A DNA stretch of 64,000 nt. Source: the human T2T-CHM13v2.0 reference genome, Homo sapiens. The notes under the pieces are model-generated. The model was given only the letters and a program-made list of their open reading frames with translations. It had not been told where the DNA came from and did not search any database. How positions within the stretch are numbered: the stretch's first letter is position 1; each line of letters opens with the position of its first letter. Position numbers and translations under genes: made by a program. Below are positions 1 through 12,799 of the stretch, one piece after another. Location: assembly GCF_009914755.1 (NCBI RefSeq), contig NC_060932.1; one strand, 5' to 3'.

Positions 1-451
1 ATCTTGAAAGCCAAGTTGACCTTGAGCCCAAGTCTAGCAGAGCTGCATCTAAGGAGTGGGCCAGGGAGTGGGGGAGCCTGCAGCTCTGCACCCTGCCTCC
101 CCTGCCTCTTCCTTCCTTCCTATGATACATTTTTGAGATGACAAATCACAAGAGTATCTGGGATGTAATGGACTAAGCTGTGTTAAGATGTACCCAAAAT
201 TTCATGTTTCACAAAATTGCAATTAAAGCAAAAATGAGGATGACAACTCCTTAGGGATACAAACGTCTTCCTTGACGACCTGCTCAAAAGACATCTACAA
301 AGCAAAGCTTCTTAAAAGGGATTTTGACACCAGGAGCTTGTGTTTTGACACTGGAATGTGCCTGGAAAACAATTCTTGGGCCCCTTTGATGCCTGGTGCT
401 ATCTAACCCACAGTGAGAAGGCTGTGAAGAGGAGGGCGCAAAATAAAGCCC

Positions 452-650
452 AAGTGGTCCTCACAGCGCAGCCCCTGCAGCCCCTGATGGTGGGGAAACA
501 TCAGTCACCTGAGGAATTAACGAACATGCCGGTTAAAATGCTCCCACCTCAGAGATTCTGATTCAGTAGCTCTGGGGAAGGATCTGCACATCCACATTTA
601 AAGAAATTTCTGACGCTGATGGTTTGGAGACCTCCCTTTGAGAAGCACTG
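452..650 (-). mobile_element. MER5A/B-like hAT-Charlie MITE relic
   Basis: cagagattctgattcagtagctctgggg core and terminal ctttgagaagcactg match the MER5 consensus in antisense. Confidence 0.6.
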
Positions 651-1344
651 CCGTATGTTCTGAAGGAAGAGAACCAACAGCATGGTGATGGACTAGGCTC
701 AGAGGGAGGCCTCCGCTGGGAACCTGACTTGGGTAGATTTGCCCCAGGACTTCAGGAAGGGGAGACCTGGTGCCCAGCTGCATTCCTCGTTGAGTTGTGT
801 CATTCCATTCTTACTAAAGCCTTTGGCAAAGTTTTGTGAACCTGCCCTGGGAAGCAGCTGGCATGGTGTGGAGGTAGTTGGCTGGCAGGAAGTGTAGAGA
901 GGACAAGCCAGGGCAGGGTTTGGTGTAAGTGGTGAGAGGCACCCGCCATGCTGTGTGAGTAGATCCATCCCTTGGACTCTGGCACTATCTGGGAGCATAC
1001 ACGACATCCTGCTGTCAGGGCACAGTGACTCAAGGCCAGGGTGACAAAGGCCAAGAAGTAGGACAAGAGGACAAAGAGACACACAGCTACACCTGGGAGA
1101 TGTGGGCATCAGAAACTTGTTCACTTTCTGAATCACCCTCCTCATGACCACTGGACCAAACCTGCCTTCCCTTCTCCCCGCTTAGGCATGGATCCTTTCC
1201 CAGATGGGGCCTCACCTTTCCTTCACTTTCCAAGAAGGCCTGGTCTCCTCTGAGTCCCAGTAATGAACCAGGGTGGTTGGTCAGAAGCTAGGATGATCAC
1301 TATGTGTGTGTTTTTTTAAGTATATGCCCATTTTCTAAAAAAAT

Positions 1345-1461
1345 GGAGGCAGAATTCACGTGAAATTAACCATTTTAAAATATGTAATTTGTTATGTTAG
1401 CATTTAGTACATTTGCAATGTTATGCAACCATTAACACTATCTAGTTCTAAAACTTTTTTC
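1345..1461 (-). mobile_element. Old L1M (L1MB-like) 3' end fragment; appears to resume at ~3801-3827
   Basis: gcatttagtacatttgcaatgttatgcaaccatt...ctatctagttctaaaac; continuation aaaacattttcaccatccccaaa after the L1MC. Confidence 0.55.
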
Positions 1462-1990
1462 CTTTTAAATTGACTGCTTTTAGAGTAGTTTCAGGTTGTC
1501 AGTAAAATGGAGCAGAAAGTACAAAGAATTCCCACGTACACCCTGCCTCCATCACACAACCCCATCACCATGACACATTTGTTACAGTCAGTGAACTGAC
1601 ATTGACATGTCATTATCACCCAGACTCCAGCGTTCACATTAGGGTTCACTGTTGGTGTTATACACTCCATGGGTTTGCACAAGAGATGACGTGTATCTAT
1701 TACAGTAGCATACAGAATAGTTTCACTGCCCTAAAAATCCTCCAGACCTCTGCCTATTCATCCCTTCTTCCTCTCTAACCTCTGGCAGCCACTGATCTTT
1801 TTACTGTCTCCATAGTTTTCACTTTCCGGAATGTCATATAGTTGGCAGCATGCATTACGTAGCCTTTTCAGATTAGCATCTTTCACTGAGTAATATGCAT
1901 TTAAGTTGCCTTCATTTTTTTATGGCTTGATAACACATTTCTTTCTAGCACTGAATTATATACTATTGTTTGGATGTCACATCGTTTATT

Positions 1991-3113
1991 TGTTGAGAGA
2001 CTGAATATGCAAATGGACAATGGCCAGACCATATATAAAACTAGAACTTTAACTCACAATCTGCAGCAATCTGCCTGGGAGACCAACCCTTTTATTTATA
2101 ATAAACAACCCAGGAAGCCAGCCTGATATAAGTCCAACTTGCAGGAAGTGAGATTGTTATCTCTAGTGACAATTCAGGAGCTAAATAATAACCTCCGTAA
2201 CAATCAGCCCCAAATGGCCAGAACTTGATTAATAACTGACGGCTTCCCTAATTTTTGTCCCCTCTTCCAATTTCAACTAGAGAAAGCCAAATATTCACCC
2301 CTAACCAATCATATACAATGCTCTGCTTCTAGTTAGCCTACCTGTAGCTTCCTAACTCCAACAGCCTCCCAACAGGGCACATCCGAAGCCTTCCCTTTTC
2401 TCCACTATCAAGCTTCCCCACTCTTTCCTGCCTTTGAGTCTCTGCCAAAATGCAAGCGGCAGTGGTGGATTCCCTTGCTATAGCAAGTTCAGAATAAATA
2501 GCTATGATGGTTGATTGTATATGTCAACTTGACTGGGCTAAGAGACAGCCAGATTGCTGGAAAAACATTATTTCTGGGTAACCTGAGAGGGTGCTTCTGG
2601 AAGAAAGGAGCATTTGAATTGGCCACTGAGTGAAGAAGATCATCCTCCCCAGTGCAGGTAGTCATCATCCAAACTGTTGAGGGCCTAAATAGAACAAAAG
2701 GTGGAGGAAGGGCGAATTTGTTCTCTCTGATCTGGAACATCCATATTCTCCTCCCCTGGGACATCAATGCTCCTGGTTCTCAGGCCTTCATCCTTGGACC
2801 AAGACTTCTACCGTGACCTCTGGGGTTCCCAGGCCTTAGGACTCAGATTGGGGCTTACGCCATTGGCTCCCCTGGTTCTCAGGCTTTCGAGTTTGGACCG
2901 AAACTACACCACTGACTTTCCTAAGCCTGCAGCTTGCACGTGGCAGATTATGGGACTTCTCAGCCTCCACAACTGCATGAGCCAATCCCTCATAATAATT
3001 CTCTTTTTATATATCTCTCTATATATATATCCTATTGGTTCTGTTTCTCTGGAGAATTCTGACTAATACAGTAGCCTGTGCTTTTCTCATTTGGTTGGTT
3101 TCCTATTTCCACA
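1991..3113 (+). mobile_element. ERV1-type solo LTR (MER90/MER110-like, subfamily uncertain), interrupted by MLT2
   Basis: TG...CA ends, ggccagaccatatataaaactagaact, AATAAA at ~2493, flanks ttatt/tcatt. Confidence 0.65.
2503..3070 (+). mobile_element. MLT2 (ERVL) solo LTR
   Basis: tatgatggttgattgtatatgtcaacttgactgggcta...ggttctgtttctctggagaattctgactaataca; 5-bp TSD atagc/gtagc. Confidence 0.85.
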
Positions 3114-4095
3114 TCATTCACATACTAAAGGACATCTTGTTTGCTGCTTCCAAGTTTTAATGGTAATGAATAAACCTGCTATAAACATCCTTGTACAGGT
3201 TTTTGTGTGGACATAAGTTTTTAGCTCACTTGGGTAAATAGGAAGGAGCACAATTGCTAGATTACCTGGTAAGAGGATGTCTCCTTTTGTAAGAAACTGT
3301 CAAACTAACTTCCAACATAGCCGTACCATTTTGCATTCTCGCCAGCAATGAATGAGAGTTCCTGTTGTTCCATGTCCTTTTGGTGCTGTCAGTATTCTGG
3401 AATTTTGGACATCCTAATAGTATAGTGGTATCTGATTGTTGCTTTAATTTGCACTTTCCTAATGACATATCATGTTGAGTATATTTTAATATATCTTCTT
3501 TGATGAGGTATCTGTTCAGGTCTTTTGCCCATTTTTTAATGGGGTTGTTTGTTAATATTTTTAAGTTTTAAGAGTTCTTTGTGTATTTTATACACAGTCC
3601 CTTATCAGATATGTCTTTTGCAGATATTTTCTCTCAATCTGTAGCTTGCCTCCTCATTCTCTTTATGGTGTCTTTCACAGAGAAGATAGTTTTCAACTTT
3701 AATAAATTCCATCTTGTCCATTTTTTTTCATGGATCATGCATTTGGTATTGTATCTAAAAAGTCATCTCCATACCCAAGGTCATCTAGATTTTCTTCTAT
3801 CTAAAACATTTTCACCATCCCCAAAGGGCTATATGTTCTATGGGTTTTTTGCATACAATTTTCATATGTCCCCATTTGAGGAATAACATTCAGATTTCCC
3901 CCCACCTCGCCCCCAATGGGTTAAATTTTAGTTTCAGGGAGTAATGCACTTCTATGCTTTGTTTTATATGCTTTTTACAAACATGTGAAAGAGCATGCAA
4001 ATTGCTTCTCAATTTCTGCCTGGGAAAATCTCAGCATGGATTGGGGAGTTCTACCAAATTTGAGTTGAGCAACTGTGTTCCAGGCCATAACCCAA

Positions 4096-4146
<51 letters not shown>

Positions 4147-4352
4147 TACATACATATATATACATATATACATATATGTATACATATATACATATATACA
4201 TATATACATATATACATATATACATATATACGTATATACACACATATATACATATATACATATACGTATATGTATACATATATATACATATACGTATATA
4301 CGTATATATATACGTATATATACGTATATATATGTGTGTATATATGTATATA
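4096..4352. repeat. Compound (TA)20/(TACA)/(TACG) microsatellite, strictly alternating purine-pyrimidine
   Basis: Directly visible; pure (TA)20 at 4101-4140. Confidence 0.97.
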
Positions 4353-4947
4353 GCCATTTGGACCCCTTTCCTACAGGATCCATGATAGTGAGAGTAGAGC
4401 ATTATGAAAATGCTCTTTAAGGTTGAAATGTTTAAAATCCAAAGAAAAAGTAAAGTAGGCAAGAGAATCCCATCTAGTGTCATATCACGCTGGTAGTGTT
4501 TATTCTTTCATCAGTGGTAGAGAATGTGCCTGAAGCATTTTGTTTCTTTATGCTTCTGTTTTTGTTTTACCTATTTCTATTTGAGTCTGGATCTTGCTAT
4601 TTCTGTGATATGTAGCATCCCTTAGAGGAAAGCAAATTAAAATTGAGTAAGAACCTCTGCTTTATGGCAGAGGTTCCTGTAGGAGGTCAAGGTGACATGG
4701 AGGTTGAGGCAGAACCTGTCTTCTCACATCTTTATAGAGAGGAGGGAACATCTATTCTACTCCCTGGAGGAAACAGTTCTAGTCCCTCTCCCAACCTCTC
4801 AATCCCTTCTCCTATGGGGGCAGTGATTTATCTAATTGCTAAGATGACAGTAGTTTGACATTTACTGGTCCCTGGATGCTCACGTTCTCTGTTGGGCAAG
4901 GATAATGAGTAAAATGCCCTTGCGTGCATGTGAGTTGCTCTCTTTCT

Positions 4948-5791
4948 TTCTTTTTTTTTATTATTATTATACTTTAAGTTTTGGGGTACATGTGCACAAC
5001 GTGCAGGTTTGTTACATATGTATACATGTGCCATGTTGGTGTGCTGCACCCATTAACTTGTCATTTAGCATTAGGTATATCTCCTAATGCTATCCCTCCC
5101 CCCTCCCCAACAGTCCCTGGTGTGTGATGTTCCCCTTCCTGTGTCCATGTGTTCTCATTGTTCAATTCCCACCTATGAGTGAGAACATGTGGTGTTTGGT
5201 TTTCTGTCCTTGCGATAGTTTGCTGAGAATGATAGTTTCCAGCTTCATCCATGTCCCTACAGAGGACATGAACTCATCATTTTTTATGGCTGCATAGTAT
5301 TCCATGGTGTATATGTCCCACATTTTCTTAATCCAGTCTATCGTTGTTGGACATTTGGGTTGGTTCCAAGTCTTTGCTATTGTGAATAGTGCCGCAATAA
5401 ACATACGTGTGCATGTGTCTTTAGAGCAGCATGATTTATAATCCTTTGGGTATATACCCAGTAATGGGATGGCTGGGTCAAATGGTATTTCTAGTTCTAG
5501 ATCCCTGAGGAATTGCCACACCGACTTCCACAATGGTTGAACTAGTTTACATTCCCACCAACAGTGTAAAAGTGTTCCTATTTCTCCACATCTTCTCCAG
5601 CACCTGTTGTTTCCTGACTTTTTAATGATCGCCATTCTAACTGGTGTGAGATGGTATCTCATTGTGGCTTTGATTTGCATTTCTCTGATGGCCAGTGATG
5701 ATGAGCATTTTTTCATGTGTTTTTTGGCTGCATAAATGTCTTCTTTTGAGAAGTGTCTGTTCATATCCTTTGCCCACTTTTTGATGGGGGC
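4948..5791 (-). mobile_element. 5'-truncated L1PA (L1PA4-like) with intact ORF2 C-terminal 200 codons
   Basis: ORF 5162-5764 ends ...MFSLIGGN; L1 3'UTR; 16-bp TSD gagttgctctctttct at 4932-4947 and 5792-5807. Confidence 0.95.
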
Positions 5792-5997
5792 GAGTTGCTC
5801 TCTTTCTGCCCCTACCTGTGTCTCAATCTCTTTTACTCACAAGTTGTGGGGCCAGGCCTGATTCCCCATCTTGCTTCCCATGCCCAGCCCCCTAATTTTA
5901 AGTTGGGGGAATTGGGGAGGACCACTATTTTGTCTGAGGTTCCAAATTATGCTCTCCAATTCAGCTTTGCTCTCAAAAAAGTGGAAATTATTTCTCA

Positions 5998-6418
<421 letters not shown>

Positions 6419-6673
6419 TCAGCTATCACCACCCTGAAGCCCTCTTCATGGTTAGGGTGATGGGAGCATCACCAACAGCGTATTTATGGGTAACTTAAAT
6501 TTTCAGCAGGTCTTTCCTACCCCATCTCCCTTTACTTCTGACTTCTCTTTCCCTCTGCCCATCTCTACTGTGGGCAATTATAAGACTTCAGTGTGCATTC
6601 CATCAGGAAACGTTTGGAGATTCCTGATTTGATATACATATTTATCATTGAAGTTGAAAGAACATCTCTTTGT

Positions 6674-6810
6674 ACCTCATTTTCCTCGTATGTAAGCCCC
6701 ACGTAATGATGTTGTTATGAGGATTTAAATCAGATAATTCATGAAAACTGATTAGCACAATGCCTAGCACATTGCTAATATCAGGTGCTCAGTAAATAAC
6801 CTCTGCTATT
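6674..6810 (+). mobile_element. MIR fragment
   Basis: gttgttatgaggatttaaatcagataat...ttagcacaatgcctagcaca...gtgctcagtaaat. Confidence 0.7.
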
Positions 6811-6912
6811 AATGGTGTCCTTATTATTCTGCCTCTTATCCGTCACTTCTCTCCATATGTGATAGCACTGAAAGATAAGGACCTGATAATTCCCTTTGGA
6901 AATTTCAGCTGC

Positions 6913-7742
6913 TGTATTTAGATACCATTTGGGATTAATTTCAGATTCTTTCTGACACCATATATGTGGTGTCTTTTCTACATCAATTCTCCATTTCTCA
7001 AACACCAACTGGATGCCCAACAATTCAATTCAATTCTGACACTATCTCCTGAAGTTAGTGTCCGGCCCCACAGGTTAAGAGTTCAGTCCCACAAGACTGC
7101 CCTTTCTTGAGACATAGCCACAAAGGCAGTGCCCAAGCTACCCACCTTGCTGCCTGACTGACTACAAATTCAGGGTTTCCCATGACCCACCTCAGGACAA
7201 ATAATTTGCTAGAATGACTCATGGAACTCAAGAAAGCACTTTCCTTACTATTTATTATTAAGGATACAACTCAGGAACAGCCAAATGGAGGTGATGCACA
7301 GGACAAGGCATGGGCCTGGGGGAGGAAGCTTTCTTGCCCTCTCCAGGAACCCTCCTTCCAGCACCCTTATGTGTTCACCAACCAGGAATCTCTCCAAACC
7401 CAGTGGTTTAGGAGTTTTAGTGAAGACTTCATTATGTAGACATGATTGATTCAATTATTGGCCATTGGTGACTGAACTCAATATCCAGCCCTTCTGCCCT
7501 CCAAGGGGTCACGAGATAGGACTGAACATTCCAACCCTCTAATTACAGGGCTGGTTCCTCTGGTGACTAGCCCCCATATCTACAGGCTCACTGAGAGTCA
7601 CTTTGTTGGCATAAATTCAGGTTGAAAGGGGTTCAGTAGAAACAACAAAAGATACTCCTATCACTCAAGAAATCCCAAGGGTTACAGGAGCTCTGTAACA
7701 GGAACCAGGGATAAAGGCCAAATATATATTAATTATGCCACA
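6913..7742 (-). mobile_element. MER21 (B-like) LTR
   Basis: caattcaattctgacactatc...cagtcccacaagactgccc; end ggaaccagggataaaggccaaatatatatt...ccaca. Confidence 0.8.
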
Positions 7743-8453
7743 GTTAGTAAAAGTAAAGGCATTCTTAATGACCTATTTATCTGATTCATTAAACTCGACT
7801 GGCAGAATCTGCAGCATTTGTGTTTACCAATTATTAAGAAAGAGGTCTTCCTTTAACTTTTAAAAACTGGTTAACAGAAATTGGCAAACTCCAGCAGAAT
7901 GTGTCCCCCAGAATTCTATAAACCTCTAAAGAAATTGGGGGCATTTAACCTCAAAATATTGAGAATATATTCCTCATATTTCTCCCCAAAATGATATCAG
8001 GACATTTGAGCAACATGGAAAGATTTCTCATTTCCACCCTTTTCCAAGAGTTAAAATTCTTTATTCTGGGCAAGTGCATTTGGGAACTAAAACCTATTTG
8101 GGAGTAAAAATTTCCAGTTGTTACTCATGGATTGTGGACAGTCCATCTGTTGATTTAGATATTTGAAGCTCTAAAGGAAATTAATCAGGTTGACATCTTT
8201 CATGGAAAAGGAAATAGAGAAATTGAAGTAGAGAAGAAATGGTTGAATATAATGTAATCCCACACATGAGGTGGCATTTCTGTTTGTCAGACCGGGGATG
8301 CTTCAGGATGTTTAATAGTAGAACCACATGTAATTCTATGTGAAATTCCTCAATCTGGAACTCAGAACGCTGTTGAACTCTCTGAAATTATCTGTAAAGT
8401 TTTCCTGGGTACCTTCGTGTATTTTTAAATTTTTGTTTCTTGAAGAGAAAGAC

Positions 8454-9837
8454 CTTCTTAGGTCAAATACCCTTGAAGCAGAGCCTAAAATGAGAATTTA
8501 TGTGCAGTAGAGAGTGATCTCAGGAAAGGGGGATTCAGGAGAGCAGGAGTGAGCAGGGGAATGGACCAAAAGAGAATGTGGTCTCAGCGGATGTCCGGTC
8601 TCAGTGGAGACCCAGCTCCAGCCTGAACCCATGGTGTTCTGCAGTAGGGACTGACTTGAGCACTGGCCCGGCTTTTATACTCCTGTGTCAGTGGAGGCTG
8701 TTGACCAACTTCTTGTAAAGTGGCTGTAAGAGAGACACTTTTTCTTCTCTTACACAGTCCACACACTTCACGTCTGGTCACCAAAATATGGGAGGGGATC
8801 TTCCTCCCCCAACGACACCCTCCCATTCATGCAGACAGACCAACCAATTCTCCAGCAGACATCAACTGGGTATCCTTTTAATTCATTTCAATTCTGCCAG
8901 TGTCTACCTAGAGATAGGATCAGGTCCCACAGGATGAGGGCTCAGACCTACAAGTCCTAGAAGATGTCCCCAGTTTCAGATGCCTATCACAAGTCCCAGG
9001 CTGTGATCTGTGCTTCTGACTGACCGGCTGTGAATCAGGGTTCCCAGGACCCCCTCCTTGGGTTCAATTATTTTGCTAGAGAAGCTCATAAAACGGGGAA
9101 ACACTGAACTTATGTTTGCCCACTTATTATAAAGGGTATTACAAAGGGCACAGATGACCAGCAGGATGAAGAGGTGCACAGGGCAGGGTATGGGGGAGGG
9201 GCGCTGAACTTCCATGCCATCTCCCAGTGCACCACCCTCCAGGAACCTCCACGTGTTCAGCTACCCGGAAGCTCCCCCCAGTCCATTTGTGTTTTTATGG
9301 AGGCTTCTTTACATAAGCATGATTGATGAAATCACTGTCCATTGATGAACAGGTCAATCTTCACCCCCTTTCTCTTTCCCAGAAGTTCCAACCCTGTAAT
9401 TGCACAGTTGGTTCTCCAGCAACCGGCCCCATGCTGGCACTATCCAGGAGTCCATCAACAGTCATCTAGTTAGAACAAAAGATGTACCATCACCCAGAAA
9501 ATTCCAAGGGATTTAGGAGTTCTTGGTTAGATTCCTCTATCACTCAGGAAATTACAAAGGTCTTAGAAGCTCTATGTCAGAAACTGGGGTCAAAGACCAA
9601 ATATTAGAACAAAAGATTCTTGTAGTGCCCCTATCATATACGAGGGTTTCAGGAGCTGTGTGCCAAGAATCAGGGACAGAAACCAAATACATATTTCTTA
9701 TGATATCACACTATCACAGTGGTGCTCTGGAAGGGGGCAGCTGTGACTCATGGGCAGCCCACACTCACAGCAGCTGGGGGTTGTGTGCATTTGCCTGGTA
9801 AAGGGGATCTGGGAGGGCACCAACAGCATCCGCTATA
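8454..9837 (-). mobile_element. LTR16-family ERVL LTR, split by MER21
   Basis: tcttaggtc...gaagcagagcct start; ggtaaaggggatctgggagggcaccaacagcatccgctata end. Confidence 0.65.
8725..9718 (-). mobile_element. MER21 (A-like) LTR
   Basis: Paralogous to 6913-7742; TG...CA ends; 5-bp TSD gtggc/gtggt. Confidence 0.85.
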
Positions 9838-9951
9838 GGGTCATCACTTCCACAGATTCTCAGAGTGTCTGTGACCCCCATCCCCAAAATACTAATGCTG
9901 ATACACATTTAACATGCTATCTCTACAGGTGGGAGAAGTTATGGGTATAAA

Positions 9952-10330
9952 GTTACTTATTATAGCACGCTATGATAACAAAAGTCTAGTAACAACCTAA
10001 ATGTCCATCAATAGGAGATTCATTAAATCATGGTATACGCATATGGCAGAACACTGTGCAACTGTACAACGAATAAGGAAGCTCTCATGTATTCATTTTA
10101 TAATGATTATCAGGATACACTGTTAAATAATAAAACTCAAAACAATGTACTTGGTATACTACTGTTTGTATAAAAAAGGGGGTCAAAGTTTTTTTGTTGG
10201 ATTATGTACAGGATGTCTCTAAAAAGATTCATAGGAAATTGGTAACACTGCTTGCTTCTAGGAAGAGGACCTGGGTGGCTGGGGGACAGGAGTCCAAAGG
10301 AGGATAATAGCTTTCTCTTTTGCTGTCCTT
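9952..10330 (+). mobile_element. L1ME 3' fragment
   Basis: aacaacctaaatgtccatcaatagga...aaatcatggtatac. Confidence 0.65.
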
Positions 10331-10840
10331 TAGGGTGTTATTTCAATGTAATGCCTCAGTCACAGATTCTACAGCAATGCTGTATCACTTCAGTCTCAGT
10401 AATATCTGTTTTGCTGAGGGTAATAAAGACAAGATTATCTGTCTAAGAATTTGAGCCTCTTTCTTCCTTGTCTCTGGGACTTGACTTACCACCAACATCA
10501 CAGAAAAGCAGCACCACAACAATAGAACTCTGCCTGTTCTTGTGGCACATTTTTTTCCCTCAAGAGTTCTGTATTTAATCTCCTCTCAGCTATTTCAGTT
10601 AATTAATTAATTCCCTAAGCCCATGTGAAGTATTTGGTGTTTAGTTCTGACCTAATGCTTATGTTTCTTGTTTCCCGTAGGCAGTGATTTGGGGAGACAG
10701 TTCTAAGGACTTGTCAGGGATATGTGATGTGCTCAGTGTGCTAACAGCAGGAAAACATCAGCCTACAGAGAAGAACTTGCTTCATAGACACATTGCTGGT
10801 ATATGGTAGAATGCTATTAAAGACATGGCTGGAATATACA

Positions 10841-11085
10841 CAACAATAATAGCTAACACCTTCAGCATACTCAGTATGTGACAATGTGTTAAACAGTTTC
10901 TGTGTGCATCTTGTTTAATCCTCACAACAGCTTCGAGGGTGGACTATTGTTACCCTCATTTTGACCCAAAGAAATAGAAATAAAAAAGGTAAATTAATAT
11001 CCAAGGTTACATAGTAAGTGGCAGAGCCAAAATTCAAACCTGGTCTGCCTGACTCGTAAACCCGAACGCTTTACCAATCTGCGCT
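10841..11085 (-). mobile_element. MIR
   Basis: tttaatcctcacaac...ccaaggttacatagtaagtggcagagccaaaattcaaacctggtctgcctgactc. Confidence 0.8.
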
Positions 11086-11109
11086 TACTAGTCGTCTGGG
11101 GGACTTTTG

Positions 11110-11712
11110 GGTGGATGACTGCCATGATTCTTCCTCCTGGCTGGTCTCCCCACCTGCAGAATTCCCTCCAACTGCCCCTGCTCCCTGCTCTGTTTGTGTC
11201 GTCTAAACTCTAGATCCAACCATGTTACCTCTGCTTAAAACCCCTTGGGTGCCCCCACCAATAGCCATACATTTGCAAAATGGCAACAAAGTCAAATTCC
11301 TTGGCTTGGCTTGACCTCCCCTGGTAGGTGGTTTGCTCCCAAGCCATCTTTCAAGCTTCTTCATCCAGTGCCGTCTTTTCCAAATGCTCTCCTTCTGCCA
11401 AACTGGATTTCTTACTGTTCTGCACACAACCCCTGCCTTTTCCCGCCATCACTACTCTGAGCTGGTTTCTCTGTCTGGGATATACTTCTCCGTCTCCAAT
11501 CCTTGCCTGCTGAAACTTTCTTCATCCCTCCTGGCCCAACGCAAATGCCAAATCCTGCCTCAAAACTTCCCCAATCCCAACACAACTGGTTTCTGCCCCC
11601 TTTGTTTTCTCAGCTCTTGTGCCCCTCTTATTGGATGCATTTCATTCTATCTTCATTCAGTAACTGTTAAGTACGCACTGGGCACCGTGTTACAATGATT
11701 TGTATTTCTGTC
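11110..11712 (+). mobile_element. L2 fragment
   Basis: gatccaaccatgttacctctgcttaaaacccctt, typical pyrimidine-rich L2 3' region. Confidence 0.6.
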
Positions 11713-12738
11713 TGTACAAGTTGGGGTCCTGGCAGGAAGCAGATGGCACACATTAGTCGGATCATTTGAGGAATTTAATAAAGGGACTCTTTACCCAGGA
11801 GTGGGTGAGGTGTAAGGGCAAACACAGGAAGTAGTAGTGAAGGAAGCTGCCTGGATGGGGCGTCCAGGGAATAGATATCTCGACCTCGCCGCGCCCCTGT
11901 CTTAAGGTTACCAGGAATTGTTTAAATCATGGTATGGCAGGCAGACATGAAACAACTGTCATGAAGGAAGGAGTTTTGACATCCACAATTCCCTAGCAAC
12001 AGGAAGCATGGCATGCCACAGGGGGGCCACCTATGGGTCCACCTGGGGAAGCACCTTGTTGGTCAGCAGGCAAAATTAGCAAGGAGAAAATGTGGGCAAA
12101 GAGCCTTTATTTTGGTTTCCTTGGGAAGAAACAGGTGAGGCAGGGTAAGCAGACTTAGGACTGGCTCATTTATAATTTCAGAGGGCTCTGGAGCGCAGGG
12201 CTATCCCTAGGTACCTGGCTTTGGGGTGATTAGGGCAGAGAGAAGTGACCCAGAGCATAAAACATAAGACACGGGCCCTGCCTCCCAGGATGGAAAGAAG
12301 ACAGCATGGGGGTGGCCTCCTCCTGCCTCTCTGGATCCACTCCCCCATCTCTCCTGATGTGCTGCTGGAAGGTGGGCTTGTAGGAGCTGCACCCAGCGGC
12401 TCCCTTGTAGGTGGGCTTGTAGGAGCAGAGTCCAGCGGCTCTGGCTTCTGGGAGGGTCCGGCCAATGAGTAGCACTGAAGGCAGTTGGGAGGATGGACTC
12501 TGGATTGGTTGGTTTGCTTAAGAAAGGAACCCCAGCGTCCCAGATGGCAAAATATCAGAATACAGAACACAAAAAGACCTCTCCCATCTCCTGCCAGTGC
12601 TGCCCATTGGCCAGACCCTCCCAGAAGCCAGAGCACAAGGGAGCTGCTGGGCACAGCTCCTACAAGCCCACCTTCCTGGGGCACATCGTGGGAGATGGGG
12701 GAGTGGATCCAGATAGGCAGGTGGAAGCTACCAGCATG
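11713..12738 (-). mobile_element. LTR33-like ERVL LTR (11713-11897 plus ~12579-12738), split by a MER74-like LTR
   Basis: ggggtcctggcaggaagcagatggcacac...tttaataaagggact; continuation ctcctgccagtgctgcccattggcc...gaagccagag...gagtggatc...ccagcatg. Confidence 0.65.
11898..12578 (-). mobile_element. MER74-like ERVL LTR (11898-~12260 plus 12478-12578), interrupted by an inverted duplication
   Basis: ggcaggcagacatg...gagcctttattttggtttcc...ggggtgattagggcag; resumes ctctggattggttggtttgc...cccagatggcaaaatatcagaatacagaa. Confidence 0.6.
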
Positions 12739-12781
12739 CTGTCTTCTTCCCATCCTGGGAGGCAGGGCACGTGTCTTATGT
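12262..12781. repeat. Long inverted repeat IR1: arms 12262-12477 and 12595-12781, 117-bp spacer
   Basis: Manual alignment 167/187 matches plus a 29-bp tandem-duplication insert (12409-12437) in the left arm. Confidence 0.95.
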
Positions 12782-12799
12782 CACATGCTCATCAAATCT

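Larger units (their letters stand above)
1462..3800 (-). mobile_element. L1MC-type LINE 3' region, split by an LTR at 1991-3113
   Basis: ttagggttcactgttggtgttata, cagaatagtttcactgccctaaaaatcctc; resumes cattcacatactaaaggacatctt at 3115; paralogous to 60170-61290. Confidence 0.8.

Noticed and set aside
3954-4483. Several 90-150-aa ORFs rich in I/Y/H/T
   Set aside because: They are translations of the (TA)n microsatellite.
5162-5764. Longest ORF (200 aa)
   Set aside because: C-terminus of L1 ORF2 in a 5'-truncated copy with no promoter; not a host gene.
12479-12488. A-MYB-like motif aggcagttgg in the IR1 loop (possible piRNA-promoter link)
   Set aside because: A short motif inside LTR sequence, expected by chance; no independent promoter evidence.
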